DNA from: Proteromonas lacertae
Lineage: Eukaryota
NCBI GenBank assembly: GCA_002245135.1
Contig: NGBS01001196.1
Coordinates: 1 to 57,734 of the forward strand
Direction of reading: 5' to 3'
DNA: 57,734 bases
The notes below the pieces were generated by a model. The model searched no databases and was not told the DNA's origin. It worked only from the letters and a program-made list of their open reading frames with translations. The number at the start of each line of letters is the position of its first letter. Positions within the stretch are counted from its first letter, which is position 1. Made by a program: the position numbers and the translations under genes. Shown here one piece after another: positions 49,704-57,734 of the stretch.

Positions 49704-50756
49704 TCATAAAACATTCTTAAATGTATCATGTAATGTATTATTGTATATAATTTCTATCAATGCTGGCGAATATACATAACCATGTAATGATATAAATGAC
49801 TTTGTATATAATAAAGGACAATAAGTGCAAAAGAAATCACTTTGATTATTTAAATCATAAATTTTTATAGATTTATCTAAAGATATAATTTGGCCATAAA
49901 ATAAATCATCAAATCTATGTAGTTTTCTTTTAAAACTCATTTCATAAACATTTTTCACAAATTTAAATGAAAATATATAAAAAAAACCTTGAGGATAATT
50001 TATATTCCATTTTTTATATTTTCCTATTTGAGATATTACATCATATTCTTTATCTAATAATCCTGAAATTCTAGTAGGAACAAAAACTGCATCTAAATTG
50101 CATCTAATAAAATATTTAATATTAGGATAATTTTCAATAATCCATTTGTGCATTGACATTAACAACAATGTTATGTTCCAATATGTATTAATCATATCAA
50201 ATACTATAATATCATTAAATATTTTTGCTTCTTCCTGTAAATAAGAAAAATTATAATTATAAATTCCATAAGGTATAGTGCCTGTGAAAAATATATAAAA
50301 TGAATTATATCCATCTATTTTTTCAAATTTCATATATGTTCTTCTAGCAACAATTCTTCCGTCAATGAAAGGAGGAGCAAACGGTATACCTACAATTATA
50401 TCAACGTTATTATGGAAAGTTGGTTGTATTATAGCATTATATCCACCATTATAGTCTTTGTAGATATCTTTGTAAGGTATTTTTTGATATGATGGGATGG
50501 ATGATTTATATTTGCTACATTCACCTCTCCTTTTCTCTGGATTCTTATATATTTTTAGACAATTTAAAGTGATAATTTCGTTTTTTTCTAGTTTGAATAT
50601 TTCCTGTTTATAAATTTCACTAAATTGTAAACGTTCATTATTTCCTTTTACTTTGTTATTTATCACTAATTTATAGTTTGTGTAGTTGTTATAAGTAAGT
50701 AACAACATAAAAATAATTGTATAAGCAAATAAAAGAATATAATATTTTAATACCAT
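49704..50756 (-). CDS. GT31 beta-1,3-galactosyltransferase-like protein
   Basis: ATG 50756 plus TM; R..ARRTY, FFTG, LQEEAKIFNDII..DMINTYWNITL, KYFIRCNLDAVF, YPQGFFYIFS, DDLFYG. Confidence 0.8.
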   Translation of the reverse strand: MVLKYYILLFAYTIIFMLLLTYNNYTNYKLVINNKVKGNNERLQFSEIYKQEIFKLEKNEIITLNCLKIYKNPEKRRGECSKYKSSIPSYQKIPYKDIYKDYNGGYNAIIQPTFHNNVDIIVGIPFAPPFIDGRIVARRTYMKFEKIDGYNSFYIFFTGTIPYGIYNYNFSYLQEEAKIFNDIIVFDMINTYWNITLLLMSMHKWIIENYPNIKYFIRCNLDAVFVPTRISGLLDKEYDVISQIGKYKKWNINYPQGFFYIFSFKFVKNVYEMSFKRKLHRFDDLFYGQIISLDKSIKIYDLNNQSDFFCTYCPLLYTKSFISLHGYVYSPALIEIIYNNTLHDTFKNVL

Positions 50757-50803
50757 TAAAATAAAAGAAACAGTATTAATTTTAACAATTCTATTATAAA
50801 TCA

Positions 50804-51866
50804 ATGAAATATAACCTTATACATTATTTCTCAATTATAATTTTGATGTCAATTTACTTCTTTAATTATAGTAAATATTTTATTTACAATAGCATTGATA
50901 TAAATAAGAACACTCTTTCAATTACACTTGAGAAGAAACAATTAATTTCAAGTGATTTTATTGAATTTTATAAGAATGAAGAATCAAAATTAAAAGAACA
51001 AATTAAAAAAACAAAAATATGTTTAAAGAGATATGAAAAAGATCTTGATCATGCACATAGATGCAATGAATATAGAATAAAGATACCACATACATCAAGA
51101 ATAAAATATCCTGAAATTTATGACAAATATAATGGAGGTTATAATGCAATTCTTGAACCACCAACATTTTCTGGATATGATATTATTTTTGCATTACCAT
51201 TTGCTCCTCCATATATAGATGGTAGAATAGCAGCAAGAAATACTGTATTTAAAGAAGAATATATTGATGGATTAAAAACCAAATATTTATTCTTTACAGG
51301 ACTAATTCCAGAGACATTGTTTTCATATAAATACTTTTATTTAGAAGAGGAACAAAAAATGTTTGAAGATATTATTGTTTTTAATATGATAAATACATAT
51401 TTTAATATTACATTATTAATGATGTCAATGTATAGATGGATTGATAGAAAAATATCCTGATATTAAATATTTCATAAGATGTAATTTAGATGCTTTAGTT
51501 TTTCCATGGAGAATTAAAGGGTTATTGAATAAAGGATATGATGTTATAACAGAATTGACAATATTAAAAAAAAGAAATATCCTTTATCCTCAAGGATGTT
51601 TCTATATATTTTCAATGAAAACTGTTAAAAAAATATATGAAAGAAGTTATACTCATAATCCAATGCATAGAGCAGATGATGTTTATTATGGAGAAATAAT
51701 TGGGAATGATTCATCAATAAAGAAATATAATCTTAGAGGAGAAATAATACAAATGCAATGGGATTGTCAATTTTGTGCATTAATAAAATCCAATTTAATG
51801 ATTGCAATGCATCCATATTCTCCTGCATCAATTATGATAATGTATAATATAAGTAAATTTAAATAA
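50804..51866 (+). CDS. GT31 beta-1,3-galactosyltransferase-like protein (one probable indel error near 51445)
   Basis: Close paralog of 49704-50756: YNGGYNAI, PFAPPYIDGR, EEEQKMFEDII, NTYFNITL, FIRCNLDAL, YPQG, DDVYYG. Confidence 0.8.
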
Positions 51867-52167
51867 AATACATTTTGTAAATGTGATAATATAATTTTCA
51901 ATTAATGAAAGAATTTGGTTCAATTACTGGTTGACATTATCTTTCATTAATTGAAACATATTCTTAACAATACTTGAAATTTATGTTTCGATTCCTTTTA
52001 AAAAGAAAATGTATAATCCATTTTTTATTCTGTAGATTGTTTTCATATTTTTATTCCTCATTTTTATAATGAATATATAGCTGATAGAAATGAATCACTA
52101 TTTTAATATGCGTAAGGAATAACATAAATGTTTCAATAATTTTATAATATTCAACAATATATAAAAT

Positions 52168-53157
52168 ATGAATATTTTGTATAGTTTTTCTTTTTTTTCT
52201 TTATTTATCTTTGTTTTAATATATATACACACTACATATACAAAAATAGAAAATTACAATCTTTTAAATTATAATGTTAAAGAATTCAACTTTATTTCAT
52301 ATACTTCCTCTTATCTAGAAAAAGAATGGATAAAAATATTAAGTGATCACAAAAATGATTATAGCAAAATATATTGTAATTTAGTTAATCAATTTACAAA
52401 TAGACTAGAAATCTTGAATAAAGATATAACAGTGTGTAAAGAACAAAAATTTCTAAAATGTAAAGGAAATGATTTATCATTCTTTTTATATAGACATATA
52501 AATGGAAGCTTAATCAAAGAATATATTGAACCCTTGTTTGGTATTTTACGTAATACGTTTTCAGTGTGTAATATTGGTTCAAAGGGCGATATATTGTCAA
52601 AAAACTATTTATTACCTTCGTATGAAATTGCTACAACTAAACCAATAGTATATATAGATGCAGGTGCATCTACTTTTTATGATGGATTAGGAGGGTCTAG
52701 TCAGTCTTTCTTTTATTATTTTTATAAAAATGTAACTTCTACTCAATTCAAAGAATGGTTTTTGTGGGAAGTAACAAAACAAAATATTACAAGAATTGAA
52801 GAAGATATTCCAACAGAATTGAAAAACATTTATCATTATTATAATAGGCCAATTAAAGTTGATAGTACATCAAAAGATAATCCATTAAATTATATTAGTC
52901 TGTACAAAAAGAACAATTATGTTATATTTAAACTAGATGTAGATACACCATCAGTGGAACTTCCTATATTTAACCATTTACTAAAATATGATGATATAAT
53001 ACCAGATGAATTTTATTTTGAGTATCATTTTTTTGAACCATTTATGATGAGAAATGGGTGGGGAAATGATGTTGATAAAAGTTGTTCTTTGTATTGTGCA
53101 ATAAATAAATTTCTGAAGTTGAGGATGAAAGGAATAAGATCTCATGCTTGGTTATAG
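52168..53157 (+). CDS. Type II membrane FkbM-related methyltransferase-like protein
   Basis: TM; YIEPLFGILR, YIDAGAS, IFKLDVDTPSVE, DEFYFEYH, LRMKGIRSHAW. Confidence 0.65.
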   Translation: MNILYSFSFFSLFIFVLIYIHTTYTKIENYNLLNYNVKEFNFISYTSSYLEKEWIKILSDHKNDYSKIYCNLVNQFTNRLEILNKDITVCKEQKFLKCKGNDLSFFLYRHINGSLIKEYIEPLFGILRNTFSVCNIGSKGDILSKNYLLPSYEIATTKPIVYIDAGASTFYDGLGGSSQSFFYYFYKNVTSTQFKEWFLWEVTKQNITRIEEDIPTELKNIYHYYNRPIKVDSTSKDNPLNYISLYKKNNYVIFKLDVDTPSVELPIFNHLLKYDDIIPDEFYFEYHFFEPFMMRNGWGNDVDKSCSLYCAINKFLKLRMKGIRSHAWL

Positions 53158-53207
53158 ATTTTTGTTTGTATTATTTTATTTAATAAATTATTCGTGTTTT
53201 ATAAGAT

Positions 53208-54272
53208 TCATTTATATGTATAAAATGGATAGTTTCTATTTATAAAATTATCATACTGTTGTTTTGATTTTTTAATAGCTTTCATTCTTTCCAATCCATG
53301 GAGAATAATAGGAACAGATCCATCTAAATTTTTAATTTTTCTATCATTATTTTTAATTTTGTAATCACAATAATCTGTATAATAAGAATCACAATTATAA
53401 TCAGTCAAAGCAAGAGTATATCCATACCCTTGATAATTGATGTATACAGGATATGCAAAAGGAGAATGTGAATAATAATAATATATTAATGCTCCTTGGT
53501 CGTTATTACATGTCATATTTAAATATTTTAGCATATAAATCATTTGAGATATAAAATTAGCTACTTCTGTTGAAGATCCAAACACTGTGCCTCCATTAAT
53601 AATACTCTTTTCTTTAATAGAATTATTAATTTTGAAATCTTTGGTCCATAAAGTGTTTAGATAACTTCTTTTTATTATCATTTTATCACTTTCTAGAGTT
53701 AGAAATACCCCTTTTTTATAATTCCACATAGATGGATTTAATTGAAAAATAACATCTCTACCATCACAAAAATAAATGTAATTAAATTTGGAATAATAGA
53801 ATTTAAGCCATATACTATATATATAATATCGTAAAGTACTAAAATAATTGCAGTCTGAAGGTATGTAATCAATCAAATATACTTTAGGAATGGGATACTT
53901 ATTATTATCTATAGCATAGTAAGGATATTTATTTGTTATATTTATCTGATCAACATTTAAAGATTTAAAATTCATTTTATATATATTATTAACAAACAAT
54001 ATAACTGTGCCTTTAAAATTTACCATATCAAGACAGTTAATAAAGCTATATACAACTTCGCTTGAATAATTAACAAAATTGCTTACTATTGCCATATATC
54101 TTTCTTCACCTTTATTTTCTTCATTTTTATATATAAAACTATCATTCTTTTGAATGTATTTATTTCCTACAGCTGGAATGTAAATTTCTTCATCTTTTCT
54201 AATATTGAAATGAACAATAACCAATAGTAATGTTACTATAATTGAAACAAAATAGATTTCATAACTAATCAT
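53208..54272 (-). CDS. Type II membrane GT-A glycosyltransferase (DxRDVxFQ family), paralog of 41479-42552
   Basis: CDGRDVIFQLNPSMWNY, INGGTVFGS, NDQGALIYYYY and YINYQGYGYTL are shared with 41479-42552. Confidence 0.78.
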   Translation of the reverse strand: MISYEIYFVSIIVTLLLVIVHFNIRKDEEIYIPAVGNKYIQKNDSFIYKNEENKGEERYMAIVSNFVNYSSEVVYSFINCLDMVNFKGTVILFVNNIYKMNFKSLNVDQINITNKYPYYAIDNNKYPIPKVYLIDYIPSDCNYFSTLRYYIYSIWLKFYYSKFNYIYFCDGRDVIFQLNPSMWNYKKGVFLTLESDKMIIKRSYLNTLWTKDFKINNSIKEKSIINGGTVFGSSTEVANFISQMIYMLKYLNMTCNNDQGALIYYYYSHSPFAYPVYINYQGYGYTLALTDYNCDSYYTDYCDYKIKNNDRKIKNLDGSVPIILHGLERMKAIKKSKQQYDNFINRNYPFYTYK

Positions 54273-54351
54273 AAAAAAAGTGATGTTTTATAATGAAAAT
54301 GTAGGTTTTCATACTTGTTATAATCACAACTAGAAATAGTGACTTAAAGTC

Positions 54352-55284
54352 ATGATATTTTATAGTATGATATTGTTTATATTTTTAATAATATTTATTA
54401 CATATATCTATGTAAGAAAGAGAAATAAAACTAGAACGACAAGTAAGGAAATTAATGATTATTCTGTAAATAAACTATTGGAAAATAATATTGTATTTAA
54501 TTTAAATAATCATATAAGTAATGTTGCTGAAGTTTTGAAATGCACATTTAATAATAATTATATCAAATACGATTCCGAAATTCCTGTATTTATATTAAAC
54601 AAAGATAGATTATATGCAATTGAAATAATGTTAACGAGATTATTTATACTCCAAAATAATTATAAATTAAAAATATATGTACTAGATCATTTCACAACTT
54701 ATCAACCAACATTAGATTATTTGAATAAACTTGTAGAACTTAAGAAAATTATATTAATAAAATTACAAAAAAAGAATTGGTTTAATATGATATATGACGA
54801 ATTACCTCAACTGATTAAAAGCATAACAACTAAGTATAAATATAAATACTATGTTTTAACTGATGCAGATATTTGTATAGATTATGTTCCAAATGATATA
54901 ATTGATTTTTATATTTATCTCCTTAGTAATTGTAAAGGAATTGATGTTATAGGTCCACATATTACTGTTAGTTCAATATCAAATAATTATCCTAAAAGAG
55001 AATGGGCATATAAATGTGAAACTGACTATGCATCAAAAACACACTATGATATTTTTTGGAAAAATCAATTCTTTTCAATAGTTTCTTCACCTATTGATAC
55101 AACATTTCAAGTAAGGAGAAGTGAATCAAAATTTTCAAGGCTTGTAGGTAGATTTTTTAGATCTCTACCTCCATATGCAATAATACATGATGATTATTAT
55201 ATCAATCATAATGATATACCAAAATCATATCTATATTATGTCAATAGAACTACAAAAGATGTTAATCATAGTTATTGGAATTAA
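54352..55284 (+). CDS. Type II membrane GT2-like glycosyltransferase
   Basis: TM; IPVFILNKDRL, LDHFTTYQPTLDYL, YYVLTDADI (DxD), PIDTTF. Confidence 0.72.
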   Translation: MIFYSMILFIFLIIFITYIYVRKRNKTRTTSKEINDYSVNKLLENNIVFNLNNHISNVAEVLKCTFNNNYIKYDSEIPVFILNKDRLYAIEIMLTRLFILQNNYKLKIYVLDHFTTYQPTLDYLNKLVELKKIILIKLQKKNWFNMIYDELPQLIKSITTKYKYKYYVLTDADICIDYVPNDIIDFYIYLLSNCKGIDVIGPHITVSSISNNYPKREWAYKCETDYASKTHYDIFWKNQFFSIVSSPIDTTFQVRRSESKFSRLVGRFFRSLPPYAIIHDDYYINHNDIPKSYLYYVNRTTKDVNHSYWN

Positions 55285-55371
55285 TAGCTGTTGTTTCTAT
55301 GTGAAAATAGTATTATATATAAATAGAACAAGTTATTATAAAGCAATAAACATTATTATGTAAAAATATAT

Positions 55372-56228
55372 ATGTTAGAAATAGTTAGTTATATTATAAT
55401 TATTATTAGTACATTAATTTTTTATATTTATTTCATAAAAATTAAACACAGAATAAAAAAGAGATTATACAAATCTGTTATATTAATTCACACTTCCAAT
55501 CCAACTATAAGCCAAATAAAAAGATACATCGAATGGAAGAATGGATTTCCAGATAATTACTATATTACTATATTGACTGATAGTTGCAATTTTAGTATTA
55601 CAAATATATCTATTACGTGTATTACTCCTACCAACATGATTGACAACTATGCAGTAATAAAAAATATGCCTGGCAATTGTTTTAATATGTCAGATAAGTT
55701 CTATATGTGGCTATTACCATTAGAACATGTAATAATGTGTGTAAATCAAAATAAACGTAATTACAAATATTTATGGATAGTAGAACAAGATCTTTCATAT
55801 ACCGGAAATTTCTATTACTTTTTTAAGAAATATGATGAATATAATAATGATTTGATAGTATTTCCATATTCAGTATTCAAATATGAAGTAAATGGATGTG
55901 GCTGGATTGTTTTACAAAAGAATATAAATTATGGAAAGAATATTATTTACACACAAAAGATAGATTTGTCACACCAATATTTATCAGTAGATGGTCAAAT
56001 CAATATATATATTATATGAATAAAAATATGAAAGTAAACAGACATTCACAGAACGAAGCTATTCAGGTTGAATGCGCATTAATATATAATTTGACAATAA
56101 AAATAATAGAAAAGGAAGATATAGGATACAAATGTCAATTTAATACATTCATTACACCTGAAGAATGGAAAAATATCAAAAACAATCCTAATATTAGAAA
56201 TAAAATATTTCATGCCTTAAAATTTTGA
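55372..56228 (+). CDS. Type II membrane putative glycosyltransferase (DUF3405-like); probable indel near 55893
   Basis: TM; YKYLWIVEQDLSYTGNF..FF...DL, continuing in the second frame as WMW...ISRWS...H...EA...KIFHALKF. Confidence 0.55.
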
Positions 56229-56298
56229 CTTTTGCATTTTGCGTTGTATTAATTGTATTTATATGTATAAAACATAATTGCATTTTGCTTTTTGGCTT

Positions 56299-57153
56299 AT
56301 GTTTAAATTATTATTTAATAGTATCTTCATTCTATCAGTGATTTTGCTTTTGTGCTTAATAAAATACAATCATAAAATTCAAAGCATATCAATAAATTAT
56401 GGAGCTTTATATAAGAATTTGTGGAAATGCCCTGTAGATATTCGTAATAATATTAATCGTAATTTTTATTCTCAATGCTTAGAAGACAAAACATATTTTG
56501 AATTGTTCTTTTCTAAACCTAATATATTGACTAATGGAATATTTGTTGAAATAGGAGCATTAGATGGAACTTATAGTAATACATTGTTCTATGAAAAAGA
56601 ATTAGGATGGAGAGGGATATTAATTGAGGGTTTACCTTCAAATTGCAAAAAATTAATTAATTTAAGAAGAAATAGATCTGAAATATTTTGCACAGCAGTT
56701 TGTCCCTATTTTCCTAATAAAGCAGAATTCTTTGATGTATGGGGAATGGGAGGTTTAAAATAAAATAATCCTTTTTGGAATAAAGATAAAAAATCTGAAA
56801 GACCATTAATAAAAGTAGTATGCTCTAATATCAGAGATATTTTTTATAATACAGGAATAACTCATATTGATTATTTCTCACTTGATGTAGAAGGAGCGGA
56901 ATATATGGTTTTAAATACATTTGATTTTGCAATAAGAGTTCATTATTGGGTAATAGAATATAGCAGTGATAACAATACATCGAATAAATTAATAACAGAT
57001 TTACTATTAAAAAATGGATATAGAAAATGTGATATACCTAAATGCTATATAAAAAATGAATGTTTCTATAATCCTAATTATGAATATGAAGTAAAGGGAT
57101 TAATAGCAAAAGAAAAGCACTATTATAATGACTATGGAAAAGCATGTGAATAA
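56299..57153 (+). CDS. FkbM/Methyltransf_21 family type II membrane methyltransferase, with an in-frame TAA at 56761
   Basis: YSQCLED, FVEIGALDG..SNTLFYEKELGWRGILIE; the same frame resumes after the TAA with ...ITHIDYFSLDVEGAEYMVL...WVIE. Confidence 0.8.
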
Positions 57154-57204
57154 GGTTATAATTTGTAGCTATAAAGTGTGGAAAATAAATAAATAACATT
57201 ATAT

Positions 57205-57734
57205 GTTAGGGTTAGGGTTAGGGTTAGGGTTAGGGTTAGGGTTAGGGTTAGGGTTAGGGTTAGGGTTAGGGTTAGGGTTAGGGTTAGGGTTAGGGTTAGG
57301 GTTAGGGTTAGGGTTAGGGTTAGGGTTAGGGTTAGGGTTAGGGTTAGGGTTAGGGTTAGGGTTAGGTTAGGGTTAGGGTTAGGGTTAGGGTTAGGGTTAG
57401 GGTTAGGGTTAGGGTTAGGGTTAGGGTTAGGGTTAGGGTTAGGGTTAGGGTTAGGGTTAGGGTTAGGGTTAGGGTTAGGGTTAGGGTTAGGGTTAGGGTT
57501 AGGGTTAGGGTTAGGGTTAGGGTTAGGGTTAGGGTTAGGGTTAGGGTTAGGGTTAGGGTTAGGGTTAGGGGTTAGGGTTAGGGTTAGGGTTAGGGTTAGG
57601 GTTAGGGTTAGGGTTAGGGTGGGTTAGGGTTAGGGTTAGGTTAGGGTTAGGGTTAGGGTTAGGGTTAGGGTTAGGGTTAGGGTTAGGGTTAGGGTTAGGG
57701 TTAGGGTTAGGGTTAGGGTTAGGGTTAGGGTTAG
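57205..57734 (+). repeat. Telomere (TTAGGG)n with occasional TTAGGGG/TTAGG variants
   Basis: Tandem TTAGGG array to the end of the window, with the G-rich strand running 5'->3' toward the end. Confidence 0.99.

Noticed and set aside
36586..56763. Stop-codon reassignment (TAA as a sense codon)
   Set aside because: TAA, TAG and TGA all terminate conserved genes, and long conserved exons (e.g. the 905-aa ABCA ORF) have no internal stops. In-frame stops are concentrated in the decaying subtelomeric genes.
57360..57734. Variant telomere units (TTAGGGG, TTAGG, TGGG) as a patterned telomere code
   Set aside because: These are homopolymer-length variants typical of sequencing error at read ends and cannot be distinguished from real variants here.

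Overview
Right-hand end of a chromosome from a very AT-rich microbial eukaryote, finishing in a (TTAGGG)n telomere. Tiny GT-AG introns (about 23-40 nt), very short intergenic spaces, He_PIG-type surface proteins and a Sig1/OCM mastigoneme-like module point to a stramenopile of the Blastocystis/Proteromonas (Opalinata) type; this taxonomic call is inference. There are three zones. (1) 1-33.6 kb holds mostly intron-containing genes: PIH1D2, an inverted SPCS1 duplication around a small hidden gene, a 5-repeat membrane protein, TCTE1/DRC5, an ABCA transporter, an RS/zinc-knuckle protein, two Cys-rich 4-TM paralogs and a class 3 lipase. It also holds a Crinkler/RHS-like NTPase locus bracketed by a 34-bp palindromic repeat and a giant surface protein ending in a mastigoneme module. 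(2) 33.7-36.3 kb is a 2.5-kb palindrome carrying two divergent 5S rRNA genes. (3) 36.4-57.2 kb is a subtelomeric array with no detectable introns, made almost entirely of glycan-modifying genes and their relics: fucosyltransferase-like, GT10, GT17, GT31, GT-A/GT2-like, FkbM-type methyltransferases and an AT3-SGNH O-acetyltransferase. A dispersed ~600-bp repeat is interspersed, and the last gene ends about 50 bp from the telomere. Many single-base indels in homopolymers look like long-read assembly errors, so frameshifts alone are not taken as evidence of pseudogenes. All gene models were spliced by eye and family calls come from motif recognition, not database searches.
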